A stretch of 64,000 bases of DNA from Candidatus Bathyarchaeota archaeon (lineage in GTDB: Archaea > Thermoproteota > Bathyarchaeia > 40CM-2-53-6 > RBG-13-38-9): contig JAGTRD010000003.1 of the NCBI GenBank assembly GCA_018396915.1, positions 173-64,172 of the forward strand, written 5' to 3'. Below are positions 57,255 to 64,000 of the stretch, in pieces. The notes below the pieces were generated by a model. It made no database searches. It had not been told where the DNA came from and saw nothing but the letters and a program-made list of their open reading frames with translations. The position numbers were made by a program, and so were the translations under genes. Numbering within the stretch: position 1 is the first letter of the stretch; every line of letters starts with the position of its first letter.

Positions 57255-58061
57255 ATGCTACAACACATATCATGGAGAGTTGAGCAAGTCATGGACCTGA
57301 GTCAGAATATTAACAGCTCAATGGATTATGTTAGGGGATTATTCACAGACATCGGGAGACTCGTCATACTGATCATCTTAAACATCATTCCAATAGTGAA
57401 CCTCATAATTATTGGGTATATGGCGAAGACCGTTAAGGAGACCCCTACCTCGGAGAGTCCACCTAGACTTGAAGGTTATGGAGGCCTATGGATAGATGGG
57501 TTGAAGGTTGCGGTGGCCTCGATAATCTACATGATCATACCCCTGATACTTGTGATTTTGGGGGCGTTCTCGATCTTTATGCCTATGATGCCCCGCCACA
57601 TTATCGGCCTGACGCCTATATCGCTCGGTCTAGGCTTTGCACTCATGATCGTGGGAGTTATACTAACATTCGTCATAGCGATCATTATGGCGATGGCTAT
57701 CGTCCACATGGTGAAGACTGAAAGCTTCGCAAAGGCCTTCGAGATCAGTGAGATCCTCAAAATAATCAATATGATAGGTTGGGGGAAGTATATTCTCTGG
57801 TTGATAGTTATGTTCATCCTCGCCATCATAGTAGGAGCCGCAGGATCTATTCCGGCGATAGGTTGGCTCATCTCACTCATCATATCACCGATATTCGGCG
57901 TATTCGCAGCGAGGTCAGCAGCCCTACTATATGTAGACGCTAAAGGTCCAAAAGAGGTTCCTGAGAGAAAGTTTGAGAGGAGATTCTGCATCGCATGTGG
58001 ATCCGAGATTCCACCTGAAGCAGTCTATTGCACAGTCTGCGGGAAACCTCAACAGGCATAA
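57255..58061 (+). CDS. polytopic membrane protein (DUF4013-like) with C-terminal zinc ribbon
   Basis: 268 aa, about 6 helices, C-terminal CIACGSEIPPEAVYCTVCG. Confidence 0.6.
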   Translation: MLQHISWRVEQVMDLSQNINSSMDYVRGLFTDIGRLVILIILNIIPIVNLIIIGYMAKTVKETPTSESPPRLEGYGGLWIDGLKVAVASIIYMIIPLILVILGAFSIFMPMMPRHIIGLTPISLGLGFALMIVGVILTFVIAIIMAMAIVHMVKTESFAKAFEISEILKIINMIGWGKYILWLIVMFILAIIVGAAGSIPAIGWLISLIISPIFGVFAARSAALLYVDAKGPKEVPERKFERRFCIACGSEIPPEAVYCTVCGKPQQA

Positions 58062-58092
58062 CCTCACATAAACCCTCTAGCCTTTCTTTCAA

Positions 58093-58512
58093 CTACTCCC
58101 CTACGATCTGTACAATTATCTCCCTCTTCCTAGGTCGAACATCAAGTTCAACTAAGACTATTTGCTGCCATGTTCCAAGGGTCAACCTACTGTTTATGAA
58201 TGGAACTGTGAGGCTGGGTCCAAGCATCGAGGCCCTCACATGTGAGTGGCCGTTCCCGTCATGCCACCTCCTCTCATGTTCATAACCTATGCCTTTAGGG
58301 AAGAGTCTCTCCAGAGCAGCTGGAAAGTCTCGGAGTAAGCCACTCTCATACTCGATCGTTGTCAAAGCGCCTGTTGAACCTGGAATGAAGACTGTTACAA
58401 TACCATTTCTTAAACCTGAGTCTCCAACAGCATTCTCAACACTGTCCGTCAAGTCTATCATATCAACCTCGCCTTTGGTCTCCACAGAGATTCTCCTAGT
58501 CACCACAACCAC
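58093..58512 (-). CDS. YjbQ/UPF0047 family protein (secondary thiamine-phosphate synthase)
   Basis: 139 aa. Motifs GHSHVRASMLGPSLTVP and LTLGTWQQIVLVELD. Confidence 0.88.
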   Translation of the reverse strand: MVVVTRRISVETKGEVDMIDLTDSVENAVGDSGLRNGIVTVFIPGSTGALTTIEYESGLLRDFPAALERLFPKGIGYEHERRWHDGNGHSHVRASMLGPSLTVPFINSRLTLGTWQQIVLVELDVRPRKREIIVQIVGE

Positions 58513-58608
58513 AGATCGTCACCTCCAAAGATTTAATGTTAAGATCTGGTGGGTGAGAGATAAACGGATTGAGTCGGGGTAGATGTAGATATGCTGCAAC
58601 GCTGTCCG

Positions 58609-59880
58609 TCATATTACTTGCATATTCTCTATGACTGCGTCGGCGAACTTTGATGTTCCTATCGGTTGGACCCCTTCAAGTTGCCTTGCAAGGTCGTATG
58701 TCACCCTCCTCTGGCTTATGGTCCTTGCAATAGCCTTCTCAACCTTATCCGCGGCCTCCTTCCAACCTATGTGTCTGAGCATCAGAACTCCTGAGAGTAT
58801 CGTCGATGTTGGGTTGACTTTGTCCTGGTTCGCGTAGGCTGGGGCTGTTCCATGTGTAGGTTCGAAGACAGCTACCCCAGTTTCGAAGTTTATGTTTGCC
58901 CCTGGGGCTAGTCCTAAGCCACCAGCCATCGCGGCGGCTAAATCTGAGATGTAATCGCCGTTCAGGTTTGGGAGGACGAGAACGTCATACTCTCCTGTTC
59001 TGAGTATCAGTTGCTGGAACATATTGTCGGCGAGCCTGTCTTTGATTATGATCTTGCCTGGCGGTGCGGCGCCTCTGTATGGGCCTTCAGGTTTAAGTTC
59101 ACTTTCAGTGACTATTCTGTCTTTGAACTCTGTATTAGCAACCTCGTAGGCCCACTTCATGAATCCGCCCTCAGTATACTTCATTATATTCCCCTTATGG
59201 ACTATGGTGACGCTTCTTCTGTTGTTTTTGATTGCGTAGTCTATGGCGGCCCTCACTATCCTCTTCGTAGCGTATTCACTTATCGGCTTGATCCCTAGGG
59301 CTGAGTCTGGTCTGACCTCGCTCTTCAACTCCTTCCTGAGGAAATCTATGAGTCTTCTAGCTTCCTCTGAACCTTCCTCAAACTCTATTCCAGAATAGAC
59401 GTCTTCAGTATTCTCTCTGAATATGACTAGGTCTAGCTCTTCAGGATGCTTCAGCCTTGAGGGTGCTGATGGAATATATTTGACTGGTCTCACGCAGGCG
59501 TATAGGTCGAGCCTCTGTCTGAGGGCTACATTCAGGCTCCTGTATCCTTCAGCTATTGGTGTCTCTAGTGGTCCTTTGAGGGCTACGACATGTTCTTGGA
59601 TGGTCTTCAGGGTCTCCTCAGGTAGGGATTCACCATACTCTTTCGTTGCCTTCTCTCCAGCGTAGGCTTCGACCCAGTTTATTCTCCTACGGGTTCCATA
59701 AGCGCCTTCAACAGCTGCGTCTAAAACTCTTAAGGCGGCCCTGACGACTTCGGGACCTATCCCATCACCCTCAATATATGGTATGGTTGGTTTATCTGGG
59801 ACAGCCAAGGTTCCGGAGACGCTGACTATTCTTGAACCCTCAACCTTTATAGTTCTATTCTTCAGACTTGCATCCATCAA
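58609..59880 (-). CDS. icd: NADP-type isocitrate dehydrogenase
   Basis: 423 aa. Motifs: [48 protein letters not shown]. Confidence 0.92.
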   Translation of the reverse strand: MMDASLKNRTIKVEGSRIVSVSGTLAVPDKPTIPYIEGDGIGPEVVRAALRVLDAAVEGAYGTRRRINWVEAYAGEKATKEYGESLPEETLKTIQEHVVALKGPLETPIAEGYRSLNVALRQRLDLYACVRPVKYIPSAPSRLKHPEELDLVIFRENTEDVYSGIEFEEGSEEARRLIDFLRKELKSEVRPDSALGIKPISEYATKRIVRAAIDYAIKNNRRSVTIVHKGNIMKYTEGGFMKWAYEVANTEFKDRIVTESELKPEGPYRGAAPPGKIIIKDRLADNMFQQLILRTGEYDVLVLPNLNGDYISDLAAAMAGGLGLAPGANINFETGVAVFEPTHGTAPAYANQDKVNPTSTILSGVLMLRHIGWKEAADKVEKAIARTISQRRVTYDLARQLEGVQPIGTSKFADAVIENMQVI

Positions 59881-59946
59881 AGTTCACGACGTTTGAATCT
59901 TTTATTCGGTTGAATGATGTATTTAGTATTTCCCATGTTCGAATCT

Positions 59947-61269
59947 TCAATATAGGGTTTTGAGCTTTTCTCTCCAAGAAGGAAATTCTTCGGGGCTTGG
60001 ATAATTTAGAAAGTGTGTCTTGACTCTTCGCATCCTGTTGGAGACTTCTCTGAGCCTGAGGAGGAACCTCAGTCTACCTATGTTTCTGAGTATTCTTCCA
60101 GCCTTGTCTGTTAGGCTCAGGTTCAGGTCTCCTTCAAGACTCGCCTTTAGAACATCATCCTCCATAACAAGCTTCTGCGCCATCCCGTAATTCAACTCTT
60201 CGTCTGTTAGACTTTGTAGGAAGATTCTGAAGACATCCAATCCAGCCTGTTTGGCACCGTAGGCCGCCATATATTTCAGGTTATAGTTCCAGAGGCCCCG
60301 GCTGGTTGCATCGTTCTTCTCCAGGGCTTCAGCCGCAACCTGGGCTGCTATGGCGCCGCTGATCATCGATGGTCCTATGCCTCCGCCATGTATTGGGTTC
60401 ACGAGGCAGGCGGCGTCTCCTATGAACATAACACCGTCCCCTACCAGACAGTCGAGGGGTCTTCTAGTTGGAACAGTCCCCCCACCTGCATCTTGAACCT
60501 TTGAGTCTTTGAATATCGGTTTATTCAATATGTGCTTGTAGAGTTGGGCTTTAGGGTTTGGATTCTCAATGTTTGCTTGGACCCCAACTCCGACGTTGAC
60601 TTCTCCATTGCTTCTGGGGAAGATCCAGAAGTAGCCTCCCCTAGCAACCTTCTGGTTCAAGTATATGTGGCAGTAGCCTTGCTCAATCTCGACGTTGCTC
60701 CTTACCTCTCTGTAACAGACCATGAGGTCCCTCCTGGACACCTCCCTCTCAACATTGAAACCTTCAGGTAGACTCCGCCTGATGGTTGCTGCAACTCCAC
60801 TCGCATCAATGGTTACTTTTGCCTTCAAGACTCGTCTTCGACCTTGGCTTTGAGTGATTACGCCTTTGACTGTGTTGTTTTCGATGTTCGGGCCGATGAC
60901 AAGGGTTGAATCGACGAGTTCAGCTCCAGAGTCTGTGGCGTCCTTTAGGAGGCGCTGGCCGAAATTGTATCTGTCAACCATGTAACCCGAGACCCCTGGC
61001 CCATCTATGACGAAGACGCTGGAGAGGTCTGGTGAATATATTTTGACGCCGACCATCTTTGAGTCTAACTCATCACCTTTGGGGTGTGGGATCTTTAACT
61101 CATCGAAGTGATGGGAGCCTATGGCGTCGCCACAGACCTTCTCACCTATCTTGACTTTTGGTTTACAATCGATCAAACAAACCTTCAGACCCATCCTAGC
61201 GGCTTTCGATGCTGCTGTGCAGCCGGCTGTTCCAGCTCCGACGACAACAAGATCATATGTATCAGGCAC
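59947..61269 (-). CDS. geranylgeranyl reductase-family FAD-dependent oxidoreductase
   Basis: 440 aa. Motifs: VVVGAGTAGCTAA, FIGDAACLVNPIHGGGIG. Confidence 0.88.
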   Translation of the reverse strand: MPDTYDLVVVGAGTAGCTAASKAARMGLKVCLIDCKPKVKIGEKVCGDAIGSHHFDELKIPHPKGDELDSKMVGVKIYSPDLSSVFVIDGPGVSGYMVDRYNFGQRLLKDATDSGAELVDSTLVIGPNIENNTVKGVITQSQGRRRVLKAKVTIDASGVAATIRRSLPEGFNVEREVSRRDLMVCYREVRSNVEIEQGYCHIYLNQKVARGGYFWIFPRSNGEVNVGVGVQANIENPNPKAQLYKHILNKPIFKDSKVQDAGGGTVPTRRPLDCLVGDGVMFIGDAACLVNPIHGGGIGPSMISGAIAAQVAAEALEKNDATSRGLWNYNLKYMAAYGAKQAGLDVFRIFLQSLTDEELNYGMAQKLVMEDDVLKASLEGDLNLSLTDKAGRILRNIGRLRFLLRLREVSNRMRRVKTHFLNYPSPEEFPSWREKLKTLY

Positions 61270-61376
61270 AAGCTCGACCTCACAGATGACGATTCAGATC
61301 AGAGAACCGATCTTTTATCACTTAAATATTTGATGGATGACGTTTCACCGACCTCTTTAGATGGGCCCTAAAGATT

Positions 61377-61913
61377 TCATGTCAGATGTAGGAATATCTT
61401 GAGGATCTCGACTGCGACTTGCCCCCTGACGACATTGCCTTTGAGATATGTGTCCCAGAAGTGGGCTATCGAATGGAAGACTGGATCAGGCTCTATATGT
61501 GGTAGAGATATCAAAATGTCATCATCGACCCTGCATATGTCGACGTGAACCCTACATATCCACCTGCTGTATCTGCGTAGCTCAGGATAGTCCTTGGGGA
61601 GGTTGAAGGGGAAACCTATTGGGCAGTAGACGGTTGGGCCTGGATGTCCGAAAGGATCTTGGACAACATGTCTGGTCTCGAAACCGTTCGACTCATATAG
61701 TTTTATGACCTCCTCAACAATCTTCGTATTGTGGTTAAGATACTGTTCTGGAGTTATCTGGAATGTCTGGTAGTAGTAGGTTTCCTTCGTCAAAGGGTCT
61801 TGGAAGCTTGCTGTCGAATAGTAATTTTCAACGTCGACTTTTCTGGGGATCCATGTCCAGTCAACAGGCTGTGTTTGAATATACTCTATTCTAGAGTATG
61901 GTTCCATCCACAC
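61377..61913 (-). CDS. hypothetical protein
   Basis: 178-aa ORF, aromatic-rich, no motif recognised. Confidence 0.45.
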   Translation of the reverse strand: MWMEPYSRIEYIQTQPVDWTWIPRKVDVENYYSTASFQDPLTKETYYYQTFQITPEQYLNHNTKIVEEVIKLYESNGFETRHVVQDPFGHPGPTVYCPIGFPFNLPKDYPELRRYSRWICRVHVDICRVDDDILISLPHIEPDPVFHSIAHFWDTYLKGNVVRGQVAVEILKIFLHLT

Positions 61914-62307
61914 CGCCTACAATCGATACATAATCTAAAATGGTAAACATATTAATTAAGATGTTTTCATCATTTGGATGGCCGGTGCCTATTTATTCTG
62001 TGGCTTCACTCATCCGATATGTGTCTTCAATATCTGGGTGCTTGGCCGGTCATGCCGATATTTAGCCTGGAGATAGGATGCTATGGAAAGTATTCATTTG
62101 ATTTTGATCCATCGAACCTTTTCCAACCCAACAAGACTCACAGACGGGGAACTGACCTAGCTTCATTCCAGCCGGGAACGTGTTTTCAATTAGCTTGCCG
62201 CCGTATAGATTATAGCGTTACTGTTCAACTTGAATGGAGCAGTCAAGAAGGTTATCAGGCCAGATCCTTTGCCGTATTGGGATGGGTTTGGTTTGACGCG
62301 GGTTTGT

Positions 62308-62481
62308 TGGCGCCCCTCGCCAGGGGAGGCCTGCTTGCGCACCCCTTAGGGCGGGATTTGAACCCGCGTCACGTCTCCTCTTCGAACGATGTCGCACGGG
62401 TGACAGCCGTACATTCTAGACCCGCATAGGGCCTACTAGGCCAGACTATACTACCTTTATGCACCTTCTTTGAGGTTGGGC
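62308..62481 (-). tRNA. tRNA-Asp(GUC) gene interrupted by four putative introns, CCA encoded
   Basis: Hand fold of the minus strand. Exons are 62481-62478 GCCC, 62456-62434 AGG UA GUAU AGUCUGGCCUA GUA, 62413-62395 UG UACGG CUGUCAC CCGUG, 62371-62348 UGAC GCGGG UUCAAAU CCCGC CCU, and 62315-62308 GGGC G CCA. Joined, they give a 78-nt tRNA. It has a perfect 7-bp acceptor (GCCCAGG/CCUGGGC), U8, A14, G18G19, U33, anticodon GUC at 62404-62402, A37, G53:C61 and a UUCAAAU T-loop. Exons (78 nt) plus insertions (21+20+23+32 nt) sum to exactly 174 nt. I did not verify BHB splice motifs. Confidence 0.75.
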
Positions 62482-62610
62482 ACGGCCAATCCTAGTCTGG
62501 CCACCCTCCTAATAGATTTAGAAGGAACTTTAAAGCCTTTCGAGTAGCGTTCAGGCTCGTTGATTCGAATACATTTGACGGTGCTCGATTGTTGCTCTTC
62601 TTATAGGCTG

Positions 62611-62620
62611 AAAGTTTTTA
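62611..62620 (+). promoter_or_regulatory. TATA-like box upstream of tRNA-Lys
   Basis: AAAGTTTTTA lies about 28-37 nt upstream of the mature 5' end at 62648. This spacing fits an archaeal promoter with a short leader. Confidence 0.35.
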
Positions 62621-62647
62621 GGGCACAAAGAGGAGTAGGTGCTGTTT

Positions 62648-62757
62648 GGGCCCGTAGCTTAGTCAGGTAGAGTACCGGGCTTTTAACAGACTCGGAGGCC
62701 ACCCGGAGAGGTTTAAACCTTGGGTTAGGGTCCCGGGTTCAATTCCCGGCGGGCCCG
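62648..62757 (+). tRNA. tRNA-Lys(UUU) with two introns (canonical 37/38 and variable-loop)
   Basis: GGGCCCG UA GCUU AGUCAGGUA GAGU A CCGGG CUUUUA[15-nt intron 62686-62700]A CCCGG AG[21-nt insertion 62709-62729]GUC CCGGG UUCAAUU CCCGG CGGGCCC G. The acceptor has 7/7 pairs; the anticodon is at 62682-62684. Confidence 0.85.
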
Positions 62758-62984
62758 CTATATCATTTGGGTAAAGCAAGGCTTTCATCTTGAGGTGGGG
62801 TTGAGGAACTGGATGCAAATCTGGTTTAGACCTCTCAACAGTTGAAACGAGTGAAAATGTGTGAGAACTTCCGGTTTTAATTCAGGAGTGGGGTGTAAAT
62901 GGTTCTTCGGTTAAGTTTTGAGTATGTTACGTGCATTTGAGTGCTGATATGCTGGAGAGAACATGTATGTGTGTGTGGCAGTCA

Positions 62985-63005
62985 CCCCCCACCCCCCCAC
63001 CCCCC
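62985..63005. repeat. C6-A-C7-A-C6 homopolymer tract (G-rich on minus strand)
   Basis: Read directly from the sequence: CCCCCCACCCCCCCACCCCCC in a non-coding stretch. Confidence 0.9.
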
Positions 63006-63180
63006 TAGTGGGGTCGGAGGCTTACGGAAGTGATGTTGCATAAGAGGCGTTCCGATTCTGGATAAATGGGTCTCAACGGTTTTCACAATGTCCCTAAATG
63101 GGTTAGGCTGGTCGTCGATGTCCCTGTAATGTCTATAAGCTCTTATGTGTTACATTAAGTAATACAAAAGAGTTTACAGG

Positions 63181-63408
63181 ATGTGTTCTTTGAGTTCGAC
63201 GTTAACAATTAGAGTACCGAAAGAAGTCAAGGAGAAATTGAGAAAGTTTGATGTGAAATGGAGTTTGGAGATCAGGAGATTTCTGGAGGAGAGGGTTAAG
63301 CAGCTTGAGTCACTCTCGGTTATGGAAGAGATTTCAAAGAGGAGTGTAAATCGTAGGATCGAGATCGATAGTGTCAAACTCATCCGCGAGGACCGTGAGA
63401 GGAGATGA
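63181..63408 (+). CDS. vapB: VapB-type antitoxin (small RHH-like, archaeal type)
   Basis: 75 aa. TLTIRVPKEVKEKLRKF beta-strand/helix start. Its stop TGA overlaps the ATG of the PIN gene (ATGA). Confidence 0.7.
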   Translation: MCSLSSTLTIRVPKEVKEKLRKFDVKWSLEIRRFLEERVKQLESLSVMEEISKRSVNRRIEIDSVKLIREDRERR

Positions 63409-63824
63409 TAGTCCTCGACGCATAAGTCCTGGTCAAAATCATTATTGAGGAGTCGGGCTCCCATGAAGCCAGGGAGATAGTCTCCAGCGCACTCAACAGT
63501 GGAATGGAAGTCATAGCGCCAGATATTGCTCTGTCGGAATCTCTAAACGTTCTGTGGAAACACTGCTTCATAGTCAAGGACTTAAAGTCAGATGAGCTGG
63601 TGGCAGCTGTTGAAGACCTCTTGGCCCTGTGGAATGGTTTGAAGGAGTGCCCCATATGTTCGGTAGCGAGAGAAGTCATCCAGATTGCATCGTCCCTATC
63701 AATAACAGTCTATGATTCAATATATTTAGCGGTGGCTAGATTCTATAAGTCGAGACTTTTCACATTTGACCGGAACCTGGAAGAGGCAGCGTGGAAGCTG
63801 GGTATATCAACGTTACCAGGCTGA
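63405..63824 (+). pseudogene. vapC: PIN-domain VapC toxin gene with in-frame TAA at codon 7
   Basis: ATG ATA GTC CTC GAC GCA TAA GTC CTG GTC AAA... translates to MIVLDA*VLVKIIIEESGSHEAREIVSSALNSGMEVIAPDI... The frame is the same as track ORF 63504-63824. PIN acidic residues are present at D5, YDSIYLAVA and TFD. Confidence 0.75.
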
Positions 63825-63858
63825 GATACCAACCCAATTCTGACCAAAAACTTCAAAC

Positions 63859-64000
63859 ATGTTTCAGACTCGTTTAATGTTGGGGTTGGAGGTTCAGTTG
63901 GAGCCTATTCTATTAGCCGCCCTCGCTGTTCTTCTCTTCTTCTCATTCTGGAATGGCTTCACAGACGCAGCGAACGCTATCGCAACGGTTGTTGCGACGA
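63859..64000 (+). CDS. PiT-family inorganic phosphate transporter, N-terminal fragment (runs off window end)
   Basis: My translation: MFQTRLMLGLEVQLEPILLAALAVLLFFSFWNGFTDAANAIATVVAT, containing the PiT signature NGxxDxANAIAT. An alternative ATG lies at 63877. Confidence 0.75.
   Translation, partial: MFQTRLMLGLEVQLEPILLAALAVLLFFSFWNGFTDAANAIATVVAT

Noticed and set aside
61974-62429. 151-aa plus-strand ORF
   Set aside because: Its composition is not protein-like, and its 3' third runs antisense through the tRNA-Asp exons.
61914-62647. SRP RNA or RNase P RNA in the GC-rich non-coding region
   Set aside because: I could not find the SRP helix-8 CAGG..GGAAGG..AGCA motif or the RNase P GAGGAAAGUCC / ACAGAA motifs on either strand. 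The GC-rich part is explained by the tRNA-Asp exons and insertions.
62758-63840. Integrated element using tRNA-Lys as attachment site (TA module, poly-C tract, gene-poor)
   Set aside because: I found no direct repeat of the tRNA-Lys 3' end downstream and no integrase. The closest string (CTTCCGGTTTTAATTCAGG) does not match.
1-64000. CRISPR arrays, IS elements, rRNA genes
   Set aside because: While reading both strands I saw no regularly spaced direct repeats, no transposase or integrase-like ORFs, and no rRNA-like conserved stretches.

Overview
Archaeal chromosomal segment with moderate GC (not computed) and dense coding on both strands. I support about 75 CDS and two tRNA genes. I saw no rRNA, CRISPR array, transposase or integrase. 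The archaeal assignment rests on TBP, TFE, aMBF1, NAC, aTrm56, A-type ATP synthase A/B/D, PAC2, a geranylgeranyl reductase and multi-intron tRNAs. The intron load suggests a TACK/Thermoproteota-type anaerobe, which is an inference. Layout: (1) 1-2.3 kb holds a truncated MFS gene and orphan ORFs. (2) 2.3-17.9 kb is a fermentative/acyl-CoA block: IPMDH-family enzyme, Fe-ADH, ADP-forming acetyl-CoA synthetase, tungsten-type AOR, SDRs, malic enzyme, thiolase plus a DUF35(OB)-ketoreductase fusion, and a 3-hydroxyacyl-CoA dehydrogenase. (3) 17.9-21.5 kb holds HDAC, Hsp20, PAC2 and an ATPase-less Lon-type protease. (4) 21.5-24.6 kb holds a TroA/Znu-type metal ABC importer divergent from a NikR-like regulator. 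(5) 24.7-25.6 kb holds a long TBP preceded by a 50-aa zinc ribbon missed by the ORF track. (6) 26.9-30.3 kb is a glycosylation trio. (7) 30.6-41.8 kb is a redox island and the main candidate for something new. It contains a HoxEFU/NuoEFG-like NAD(P)H module, a ferritin-like protein and a second NikR. It also has porGDAB running in one gene string into a group-4 [NiFe]-hydrogenase core (NuoB/C/D/I-like, Ni ligands intact) with no membrane subunit, plus an untracked TTG-start rubredoxin. (8) 41.9-61.9 kb is housekeeping (aminotransferase, DRG GTPase, M29 peptidase, atpABD, NAC, MBF1, Trm56, TFE, ICDH, GGR) with a YqjD/ElaB/YqjE-like small membrane trio. (9) 62.3-63.8 kb holds a tRNA-Asp(GUC) that only folds if four insertions are removed, a tRNA-Lys(UUU) with two introns, a poly-C tract, and a vapBC pair whose toxin has an in-frame TAA at codon 7. 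All family calls come from motif recognition by eye, and no database search was run.
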